From positions 12,772,001 through 12,836,000 of the forward strand of contig OZ024759.1 of the NCBI GenBank assembly GCA_964016885.1: DNA of 64,000 bases. The letters are read 5' to 3'. The stretch's first letter is position 1. Every line of letters begins with the position of its first letter. Shown in pieces: positions 15,041-26,297 of the stretch. The DNA comes from Eledone cirrhosa (lineage: Eukaryota). The notes below the pieces were generated by a model, which worked only from the letters and a program-made list of their open reading frames with translations, was not told the origin of the DNA and ran no database searches. The position numbers and the translations under genes were made by a program.

Positions 15041-15614
15041 TCTACTACGTCTACTGGTACATACTGTCTGACTACCCTCTACGAAGAAATGGCGACCATC
15101 AACCATAGACATAACGAAGCAAAATGTGATATCAGCCATAGAAGAAACTCAGCTGCTGGAGCCGCAGGATTCCCAGCACCCTAGGTGGGTGGGTGTGCGC
15201 CATAATAGGCTCCAATCCTAAAAAATGCGCCCCTAAAGTTTCTGTGCGCCCAAGTTGGCTTTAACAGTGGCGCCAATCCTAAAAAAATGTGCCCTTAAAG
15301 TGTGTGTGCACCCTAGTAGGCTTTAAGGATACCGCTAATCTTGTATCTTACAACGTGGCTCAATCTTGCGTCTATGTTGGGAGCGTTGTATATGTTGTGT
15401 CGTCAAGTATGAAAGTTTTAGAAATTTGTTTTGTTTTTTTTTACAAATCTCGAGAAATTTCATACTTGACGACCCAATATATGTTCAAGGGTTTCTTTCG
15501 AATGAAACGGGGTCATGCTGCCTATAAAAACAGACGACCCTGTTGGATTTCACTTCAATTTATTAAATTCCAGTTGTTATCTCCTTTATTCTGTCCTACA
15601 CCAACTTGTCTTTG

Positions 15615-15950
15615 TGGGTATATATACCATTAGGTAAATAATGGGGTATATATACCATTAGGTATATAATTGGGTATATATACCATTAGGTATATAATGG
15701 GGGTATATATACCATTAGGTATATAATGGGGGTATATATACCATTAGGTATATAATGGGGGTATATATACCATTAGGTATATAATGGGATGTATATACCA
15801 TTAGGTATATAATGGGGTATATATACCATTAGGCATATAATGGGGTATATATACCATTAGGCATATAATGGGGTATATATACCATTAGGTATATAGTGGG
15901 GTATATATACCATTAGGTATATAATGGGGTATATATACCATTAGGTATAT
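15615..15950. repeat. ~30-31-bp minisatellite with palindromic core, ~11 copies
   Basis: Unit ggtatataatggggtatatataccatta(g); core ggtatatatacc is self-complementary. Confidence 0.95.
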
Positions 15951-16497
15951 GTTTAGAATAGCGAACCAATGTAACTGACGTAATTTGAAAAAAAAAGGCT
16001 TTTTTCGAAATGAGTATGTTAACTGTGTATATGTGTGTATATATAGGTATTAACTGTGTGTATATATATAATAACCCTATGTGTGTATATATAGGTATCA
16101 ACTCAGTATGTGTGTATATATAATAACCTTATAGGTGTTAACTCTGTTTATATATAGATGTTAACTATCAAAAAATAAATAACATTTTACATATGAGATT
16201 TACAGCTTCGCGTGGCGATGCACGCAGCTGTTCGGACTTGGTCGCCTACTTATGTATGGCGTGACCATGTGTCAGAAGATGGAATCGCTGCGAGGGTACG
16301 GGGCCTAGTTGGTAGCCGGGACTATTTGCAGGCTGGCTACATGCTAGCCTGCGCGAGGAATCCGTCTTATCCCATTTACTTTAAATTTGATTAGAATGAT
16401 CTCCCTTTATTTAGAGTTACTTCCCCTTTATGGTACTCTTCTCTTTTTTTATTTGCTTTTCGGTACTTTGAAAAAATTCATTTTGCATATTGTTTTC

Positions 16498-17835
16498 ATA
16501 ATAATAATGAAATTATTGTGTAAAGTGCTCAGGTGCACTACAACTCGTCAAAGGTGTATGTATAGTACATAGAATAATACACAAATGTCAGGGAAGTACA
16601 TGTGTGTATGTGTTAGCTGTAGTGTTGGCGGATCTCGGGAAGCATGGAGGCCTTAAAGGATGCGGTGTCTCGACAGCTAACAACTGATGCAGGTAGTTTG
16701 TTCCATGCTTCAGCAACTCTGGGCGTGAAAAAATGTTTCCGAAAGTCATGGGAACTGTGCTGTTTTCTGACTTTGTAGGTATGCCCACGTGTGTTAGACA
16801 CATGGAAATCAAAAAGGTACTCAGGGTTGTTGTTGGCAACATGGTTAACAATTTTGTGGGTGTTTACTAAATCATTTGCCAGGCGTCGGAGCTTCAATGT
16901 ATCCATGCCCAGGGAAGCAAGGCGCTCAGAGTATGGTAGATGCCTGATGGAGGGTATTCGCTTGGTTGCACGTCCCTGAACAGTTTCCAGGCGGTCAATA
17001 TTCTGAGCAAGATAGGGGTTCCAGACTGGTGATGCAAATTCTAAGTGTGGTCACACCATAGCCATGTACAGCCTTAAATAGATAGCTGGAGAGCGGCTGA
17101 CAAAGGTCTTGCTGAGTGATGCTAAGACACCCTCGGCCCTCTTGACAATTTTAGAGACGTGCCTCGTCCAACGCAAATCGCTGCTGACCGTAATGCCCAG
17201 GTCACGTTCACAAGAAGACTTCTTGATATGAGTGCTGTGGAGGGAGTATGTGGACGCTGGGTTTTTACTCCCAAAATGCATGGTGGTGCACTTGTCCACA
17301 GCTAGCTTGAGTTGCCAGTCTGAGATCCATTGTTGCATTTTGTCCAGGTCAGACTGCAAGCAAGATCTATAGTGTTCAGGATCTGTCCTTTTTATCTCAA
17401 GGTACAGCTTGATGTCGTCTGCGTACTTTAGTACTGTGGCATTCTTTAAGTTGGCATCTATGTCATTAATATATGCCACAAACAAAAGGGGGCCAAGAAC
17501 AAATCCCTGTGGTACACCAGATGACATCTCATGTGGTGAGGAATGCTGTCCCAGAACCTTGACTACCTCTCTTCGACTGAGAATGAAGGACTTCAACCAG
17601 TTAAAAAGATCATCCTTCACACCCATTGCAGAGAGTTTTGCCATAAGCCTTTTGTGTGGCACAGAATTGAAGGCTTTCGCAAAGTCAAGGTAAACAACAT
17701 CCACCCATGAGCCGCCATCAGTGATCCGGGTGATGTCCTCAAGAAACTCTATCAGTTGATCACAGCAGCTGGAGTTGGGGATAAATCCAAATTGCGAGGG
17801 CCGGATAAGACTGTGAGAGCTCCAGAAGTTCCAAA
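16498..17835 (-). mobile_element. 5'-truncated CR1-clade LINE (RT domain and C-terminus), inserted in the left palindrome arm
   Basis: DVVYLDFAKAF, SGVPQG.VLGPLLF, YADD, LQSDLD, TRGH..K...RV...WNKLP motifs; one in-frame TGA at ~17051; (ATT)n tail near 16498. Confidence 0.93.
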
Positions 17836-19152
17836 GTGTATAGAGGTATGTAATGTTATCTTTGCTGTATATTATCGAAGAAACTAAACCTTCTCTCTAT
17901 ACACATACATTTTATTAGATACACACTTTATGTCAATAAACCTCACATACATTTTGGATATTGTGTTTATGTGAAGAGGCTTTTTATGTGGCTTTCTGGC
18001 ACATCTTAATATTAATCAGAATCTTTTGGAACTGTCATCTTTGATCAAGATCAATATTATATCCGTCTTGTTTTGAACGAAATTTTTTTTTAGATATGAT
18101 CATCGTAATCAACGATTAACTGTTGGTCAGTACTAACTAGATCGATATCATTTTAATATACGTAGCATAGAACCATTTAGATTCTTCTTACGAAACTTCA
18201 TTTACTTTCTTTGTTCGTTTTCAACACTTCATTTCCATTCTTAGTTTCATTCTTTAGAAACTTGATTTACATTAAACTTCATTTACATTCTTAGTTTAGT
18301 TACCTCCCTCGATGTAGGAAAGGTTTTCTTGTTTCCTCTGTTTAATTCTATATATAATAAAAGACAAAATGTAAAATACTTTCATTTCCTTTTACCGATG
18401 TCCAGCCTTCAAGGTCATATGCTGTGTTGTTTGCCGTAACAAGTGGGAATGGTGAAGTTTCTGTTAATAAAAAAGGTTACATATTATATACAAATCATGT
18501 TCAGTTTATTTTTACAAAAATGAATAAAGAAATCAAGTAGAGGTTTACCTTTTAACTAGGTCCAGCAGTTGCCTCAAAAGGTAGATGGCATACGTAGTAC
18601 TTTTACCTGTCACAAATCCAAACTATAGAGGTATGTAATGTTTTCTTTGCTCTATACACATACATTTTATTAGATACACATTTATGTCAACAACTCTCAC
18701 ACTTTGGATCTTGTGTTCATGTGGCTTTCTGGCACATCTTCACCCACTCAACATGCTTTCTTTGAAATTAAAAAATAATACACATACAAATAGTGTTACC
18801 CCTTCTAAGAAACTAAACCATCTCAACACTATATACATACTTTCTAACTCAAATTTGTCTCTATAAACCTCATTCCGTAGATCTTTCTTTAGAGACATAC
18901 ATATAAAACGTTATATGTTTTTATGTATAAGCACAAGCAATCATACACATTCTACATATTGTACTCAAGAAAGCTAGCTAATCGATGTCTTATATACGTT
19001 TTATAGTCTTTCATTGATGTATTACTAAATGATACAATGAAAGATATATTCTTTTGATGTTACAATATTAAAGAAAATGTAAAGGAAGGGGTGAAAAACA
19101 GAGCCAACACCAGAGCAAAAGATAGCAACGTCGCGAGTGCTGGGCAACTTCT

Positions 19153-20340
19153 CTAATGATTTTTGAGGCAAGCCAGCACACTCGCAGCGTTACCTCGGGT
19201 GATGGCGAGGCTGATGCACTGAAGCAGCCAAGCACCCTCGCAAGATTCGCCAGTTATCTCTATTAGGTGAGCCGCCAGTGAGGAAATGAACCTCGCAGTC
19301 AGCGGCCCGACTCCCCCAAACGTCTCGAAAGCCACAGGCTGAAAAATGTAGCTGGCCGACAGATGAGAGTATTTGAAGGTCTTACTCCGCTCGGCTGCAG
19401 AAGCTGTGGCTCTCGTCCTAACCGCAGCATCCAGGATGTGGGAAAGAGCAAAAGAGTCACTAACTGTGACGTTCCAGACAAGGCACCTGCCTCTCGATCT
19501 GGGGCACAGGGTAAGACCGTCAGGTCTTTTGCCGTCACTTCTGGACAACCCAGATGGTTCTAAGACCGAGGGGGGGCCAACGCTCTCTTCAGAATGAGGT
19601 TTAGCTACGTGTGACGCGCGAAGAGGGCGGCAAGAAAGATCATGGAGGCCTGTAGAGTCGAGGAGTTTGCCGCATCGGCACCTCAAACCTATGCAGACGT
19701 CAGCTCCCACTCTGAGGGCGATGGAGACACGAAGTTCGTCCAGGTTGAGTAGGCCACCAACGTTAGCCACGAGTAGGGCATCGACCCAGTCGCCTGAGTA
19801 TTTGGAGCTGGCAGATAGTAAGCGGCACCTTGCAAGCTGATCTGACTGGACGAAAAGGAGTCGAGCCCAACTCACTCCATTGCTGGAGAGCAGAGGATGT
19901 TGCTCACCAGGGTTGAGCAAGTGTGGGTGGAGGAAAGGAAACCGGGGAGAGAGAGGGACGAACACTTACGAAGACCAAGACCCCCAAATCGCTTGGGCAA
20001 CGCAGCCTGATCGCGGGACTCCGGAGAGAGTCTAACATTGACCAGGCACTCGAATCTCTCGAAGATTAGGTAGTCGAAGCGTTGGAGGCAGGACGGAAAT
20101 CTGTGAGAGGGGCTGACCCTGAGCAGATACAGAAGCTTAGGAATAGACAGGTAGTTCCTGAGTATGAAGAAACCTTGATGGGGTTCGATAACTTCGATAT
20201 TCCTCAGCAGCTGCTCAAGGCCAACCATCTTCGATTGGAAGGTTGACTCGAAGGCCAGGTCTGTGATTGGGGCTCCTAAGGACCACCAAACCGACGGGGG
20301 AGGGACCGCAATGGAAGGGAAGGACTCTGCGAACAGGTCG
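19153..20340 (-). mobile_element. 5'-truncated non-LTR retrotransposon with restriction-like endonuclease, CRE-clade-like, frameshifted
   Basis: Thumb motif LP.RFGGLG, zinc finger C.CG......GLH.LSC, RLE motif KRPDGLT....W.VTV.D...E..K..KY, and F.P.AFET.G. Confidence 0.8.
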
Positions 20341-21329
20341 ATCGTTATAATTCACTATGTTTGCATTGGGCTAAAATGATTCATAATGATGCAAACACCC
20401 AGACATATAAAACTATATACTCTCTCTCAACTAAGAAAAATATATAAACCTTCTTCTCTAGACCTTTCCTTTTTTCTTCTAATAAACCTCTATACACAGC
20501 TACATTTTATTATCTTCTCTATTTCTTTCACACGTGTCCTCTTGTATGTAGTGAGAAACCTTTGTGAGAATCGAACTCACGATTGTAAAGTCCGACAACT
20601 TTACATAAATACTTTGCGCATTGATGTCCAATTTTTACGGCGCATGCGTACTTTAGTAAAATTAAATGGCCGCATGAAGAACTTCATGTTTTACAACGTG
20701 AATTAAAAAAACGTTAAAAACTTGGATTTTACTCATTTTACGGAGGTAAAGTAAAGCTTTATTTTATGTTGACCAGTTTTGAAACATTTTCTGTTTATTT
20801 CCCTCCATAATGTCAGAATTATTTAAACATTAGTTTTGTTTAGCGACATCTTACATTCTAATGTAATACAACACCCCCCTCATACATATTTCTTGCTCAT
20901 ACGAAATAGTGTATTTTATTAATTATTATTTAAGCTGGTAAATAATATACTTCTATTTCCCTTCATGATATCCTCGTATTTTGTAATCAGAGGTTAACTG
21001 TTGATCAGTGTTAATTAGATCGATATCGCTTTAACTTTTAAAATACAACCATTTATATTCTTAGTTTCTTACGCTAGAAACTTCATTTACATTTTTAGTT
21101 TCTTTTTTTCAACACTTCATCTACATTCTTAGTTTCCTTCCAACAATATTATTTAGACGATAGTTTTGTTTAAGCTACTGCCACATTTCTCTGTCATATG
21201 AATTAGAATTTAGCTTATTTTCTTTCTTATTTAAATAATATATTTCTAGTTCCCTTCACGATATCCTCGTGTTTTGTTGTAAATTCGTTTTGGAGGACTT
21301 GCTCCTGTCACACATGATGTTGGTTGCTA

Positions 21330-21510
21330 TATTCTGGTTATTAAGGACGCCATGCTTTGCAGCATAGAGTTACGTCCCTTTACGGTTTGAGTTCAAATCC
21401 CGTCGAGGTTAACTTTGCCGTTCATCCTTACGGAGTCGATAAAATAAAGTACCAGTAATGTACTGGTGGGTAATTGCTGGCCTTCTGCCAAAAGTAGAAA
21501 TAATTAATAT
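21330..21510 (+). mobile_element. SINE-B copy
   Basis: gagttcaaatcccg...ttcatccttacggagtcgataaaataaagtaccagt core. Confidence 0.8.
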
Positions 21511-22650
21511 TAACCAGAATCTTTTTAGATCTGTCGTCTTGTTTTGGCCATAAAACTTAGGTTTTGTACCCATTTTTTTTAATAGATACCATGATCGTAA
21601 TATAAGATTAACTGTTGATCAGTGTTAACTAGATCGATATCACTTTAACCTACGTAACATAGAACGATTTACATTCTTAGTTTCTTCTTACGAAACTTCA
21701 TTTACTTTCTTTGTTCCTTTTCAACACTTTATTTACATTCTTAGTTTCCTTTCTTTAGAAACTTCATTCATAGTTTCTTTTTCCATTTACATGCTTAATT
21801 TTAGACACTTCATATACATTTTTAGTTTCTTTCTTCAGAAACTTCATCTACAGTCTTGGTTGTTTTTTTAGATATCATCATCATTAACCAGATCGATATC
21901 GCTTTAACTTTTAATCTACGTAACAAATAACCATTTACATTCTTAGTTACTCCCTCGATGTAGGAAAAGGTTTTCTTCTTTCGTCTAGTTAAATGTATAA
22001 AAGACAAAATTGGACGAATTTTATAAAGTTTAACATTCTTTTTATTGATAACGTATGTAAATGACTTTCATTTCTTTTACAGATGTCCAGCCTTCAAGTT
22101 CCTCTGCTGTGTTGTTTGCCGTAACAAGCGGGAATGGTGTAGTTTCTTTTAATAAAGAAAGTTTACACATTATATACGAATTGTATTGTTTATTTTTCCA
22201 AAAATGAATAAAGAAAGTTTACATCTTATATACGAATTGTGTTCAGTTTATGTTGACAAAAATGAATAAAGAAATCAAGAGTCTACAAGAAACTAAGTAA
22301 GCCGTGCTATAAAGAACGTAAGTGTATTGAAGTTTCTAAATAAAGAAACTAAGAGTAAGATAAAGTTTCCTGAAAGAAACTGAGAAAGATGAAGTTTCTA
22401 AATAAAGAAACTAAGAGGTAGATAAAGTTTCTTGAAAGAAACTGAGATTAACGAAATTTCTAAATAAAGAAACTAAGAATGTTTTTGAAATTATCGAGAG
22501 AAAAAATCTATGAAATAAGACCCCCTCTTTTTAATTTTTTTTATTAAAGGGAGGTAACTCTGTAATATTTTGAAACGAATTACCTCCCTTGCAGAAACAC
22601 CTTCGTCACCGTTGTTACCACCGTCGCCACCTTCGTAACCGTCGTCACCA

Positions 22651-22905
22651 TTACCGCCGCCACCTGGTGGCGGAGGTAAAGATACCGACGAAGACGAAGG
22701 TGCACCGTCGTCTTCGTCGATATCTTTACCGCCGCCACCTGGTGGCGGAGGTGAAGACACCGACGAAGACGAAGGTGCACCGTCGTCTTCGTCGATATCT
22801 TTACCGCCGCCACCTGGTGGCGGAGGTGAAGACACCGACGAAGACGACGGTGCACCTTCGTCGTCGTCGGTATCTTTACCTCCGCCACCAGGTGGCGGCG
22901 GTAAT
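22651..22905. repeat. GC-rich 75-bp tandem units, each made of two palindromes
   Basis: ttaccgccgccacc recurs at 22651, 22726 and 22801. Hairpins are ccgccacc(t/a)ggtggcgg and gacgaagacga(a)ggtgcaccgtcgtcttcgtc. Confidence 0.92.
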
Positions 22906-23749
22906 GGCGACGACGGTTACGAAGGTGCCGACGGTGGTGCTGATAACGATGGTGACGAAGGTGGTGATTTTGCAAGGGAGGTAATTCTTTCAAAATATTT
23001 CAGTTACCTCCCTTGAATAATAAAAAAAAAAGCGTCCCATTTCATAGATTTTTCTTTCGACAATTTCAAAAACATTTTGTTTCTTTTAGAAACTTCATTA
23101 TTTTTAGTTTCTTTATCATTTTTTAGAAACTTCATCTTTCTCAGTTTCTTTCAGGAAACTTTATCTACCTCTTAGTTTCTTTATTTAGAAACTCCAATAC
23201 ACTTACGTTCTTTATAGCACGGCTTACTCAGTTTCTTGTAGACTCTTGATTTCTTTATTCATTTTTGTCAAAATAAACTGAACACAATTCGTATATAAGA
23301 TGTAAACTTTCTTTATTCATTTTTGTCAAAATAAACTGAACACAATTCGTATATAAGATGTAAACTTTATTTATTCATTTTTGGAAAAATAAACAATACA
23401 ATTCGTATATAAGATGTAAACTTTCTTTATTCATTTTTGAAAAAATAAACAATACAATTAGTATATAATATGTAAACTTTCTTTATTAAAAGAAACTACA
23501 CCATTCCCGCTTGTTACGGCAAACAACACAGCAGAGGAACTTGAAGGCTGGACATCGGTAAAAGAAATGAAAGTCATTTACATACGTTATCAATAAAAAG
23601 AATGTTAAACTTTATAAAATTCATCCAATTTTGTTTTTTATTATATATACATTTAAAATAGAGGAAACTAAGAATGTATATGAAGATTCTAGAAAGAGAA
23701 ACTAGGAATGTAGATGAAGTGCATAAAGAAGAATGTAATTGGTTATTTG

Positions 23750-24505
23750 GGCATACGTCAAAACGGCCGGTCGCATAAGCGAAACTAATTTTTGACAGTT
23801 ACGTTCGTCATTATTTTCAATTTGGATTGTGAATTTGTTTGTTTTTTTACAACAGGTCTCAATAGTGAAAGTGAATTTTGTTGATGGTGTTAATTAGTAT
23901 TGCGTGTTCATGATATTTTTTTTCTTTCTTTTTTTGTGTATTGTGTGTACGGAAATTGTTTTTTAAATAATGACTGTGTGTGTTGAAAGAAAGAAATTTT
24001 TTTTTTTTTTTAAAGTAACTACAGTTATACGTTTGTTGCATATAAAATATAAATTGACGTACCTTAATTACACCCTATAAATAGCTGAAATACAGTTGAT
24101 CATCTCGCCAAACTTGTTGGCACCAACTCTCTGCCGCCAAAGAAATTCAGATAGATATGAGGGGAATAAAACATCGCTTGTCCCATGCTGGCGACGAAAC
24201 TTTTTCTTTGCACGGCTCCATGTGTTCTCTATGAGTTGTGTGTGCACATTAGGATCTTCAGGATCTTCAAAGTCCATTGGTGCACAAGAACATCATGGAC
24301 GTAAATGCCACCTTGAATCTCTTCAATATCCGAATAGGAAGCCCAACCATCGGACATGATGTGGCTTCCATCAACAAAATTCACTTTCACTATTGAGACC
24401 TGTTGTAAAAAAACAAACAAATTCACAATCCAAATTGAAAATAATGACGTACGTAACTGTCAAAAATTAGTTTCACTTTTGCGACCGGCCGTTTTGACGT
24501 ATGCC
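23750..24505 (-). mobile_element. Non-autonomous Merlin (IS1016/ISXO2-like DDE) DNA transposon, 756 bp
   Basis: ~138-bp TIRs starting GGCATACGTC; 9-bp TSD ggttatttg at 23741-23749 and 24506-24514. Frameshifted transposase C-terminus IMSDGW.SY...H...DP...HTQ.IEN.W...K...YL.EF.WR at 24068-24370. Confidence 0.9.
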
Positions 24506-26297
24506 GGTTATTTGTTACGTACATTAAAAGTTAAAGCGATATCGATCTGGTTAATATTTGATTACGATGATGATGTCTAAAAAAAACAAAAAAAAACAAC
24601 TACTAAGTTTCTTTCTTTAGAAACTTCATCTACATTCTTAGTTGATTTTTTAGGAATGTCAATAATGAAAAAAGAAACTAAGAATGTAAATGGGTAGGTT
24701 AAAGTGATATCGATCTAGTTAACACTGACCAACAGTTAATCTTCGATTACGATGATGTTATCTAAAAAGGTTCGCTCAAAACTTAAGTCGTCGGGCTTTA
24801 CAATCGTGAGTTCGATTCTCAGACCGGACTTTGCGTTTGCTCCAAATCACACAGTAGAAATTAGTTGGACAACAAAAGGGTTCTCTCTACGTACAAGAGA
24901 ACACATGTGTGCGAGAAATGCTTCATTGGGTGTTAAAGAAATAAAGATAATAAAAATATAGCTGTATATAGAGGTTTTCTTAGAAGAAAAAAGGAAAGGT
25001 ATCTTCCTGTATAGAGAAGAAGGTTTATATATTTTTCTTAGTAGACAGTATATAGCTTTATATGAATGTCTCTAAAAAGATCAGATAGTAAAACGTATTT
25101 TTGTGTCTCAAGAATATCTGCTAGTGCTGACAAGATTTACTATGTATTCAATAAAGAAAGATCTACAGAATGTTGTTTATAGAGAGAAATTTGAGTTATA
25201 TTTCTTAGAAAGTATGTATATAGTGTCGAGATGGCTTGGTTTAGTTTCTTAGAAGAGGTAACCCTATTTGTATGTGTAGTTATTTTTTTTACTTTCAAAT
25301 AAAGCATATCGAGTGTGCCAGAAAACATGAACATAATATCCAAAGTGTGAGAGTTATTGACATAAGGTGTGTATCTAATAAAATATATGTGTACAGAGAA
25401 AATATTACATACCTCCATGCATTAGGAAAGTATTATCCAAAATGATTTTCTTTCAAAGAACCGGAAGTCAATCGAAAAAGGAGAAGAGCTCCATAATCAA
25501 ATTTAGATTTAAAAAAAAACGATTGCTCGCGTGTCTTCGCAACGATTCGATCTTCCGACACATAGATTGGTTACGCCTTACGTAAGTAGGTAAGAAAGTC
25601 CGAACAGCTCCGCGCATCACCACGCGAAGGCACAATAATTCTCCTGAGTAAATTAGTCATACTTATAGCTAAAATTTTCTTTAATTAAAAAAATATATAT
25701 ATATAAAGGGAAAGAAAGCAAGATAACACGCCTCAAAATATATTCCGTGTGTTACCTTACTCTCATTCCGTTTCTATATATGAATTAATTTAAAAACTAC
25801 TAGAATTTAGTACATATATACCGAACAATTAATATTTAAGTAAATATACATGTTTCTGTAAATAAAAAAAAACATACTCTTTTACTTGTTTCAGCCATCC
25901 GGCTGAGGCCATGCTGGGGCAGTATATATATATATAAATTTTGTTCTAAGTTTATCGCCGTGTTTCTTTGTTAAGTATCTCAGAGTACAAGACTTTCCTT
26001 GGATAGGATGCTAGTCTATCGCAGGATTAACTTCCTAACTACTGATGTACTGGAACAACGTGATATAAAGTTTTTTCTTTTAAGAGAACACTTGAGTGTG
26101 TTGGTTGCAGGAAGAAGTATACAGCAGGTTTCTTATATTTATATATAATAAATGTAATCTGAGTTTTTCGAATATTAATGATAACATTCGATTCATTTGT
26201 AATTATGCAAACAAGCCTCATTTTTATAGCCATGTCAGTAGAATGAACTCTTCATTCTTGCTCTTGTATTGGCATTATATATATATATATATATATA

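Larger units (their letters stand above)
16206..25630. repeat. Large degenerate inverted repeat (foldback-like element), axis 22777/22778
   Basis: Mirror blocks: 16206-16295 vs 25530-25630; 18625-18900 vs 25140-25415; 20400-20600 vs 24780-25060; 21590-21700 vs 24670-24765; 21880-21945 vs 24506-24580; 22005-22650 vs 22905-23635. Confidence 0.85.

Noticed and set aside
22491-22993. Pro/Gly/Ser-rich and Arg/His-rich ORFs on both strands
   Set aside because: Mirror-image ORFs arise from the GC-rich palindrome; no recognisable domain.
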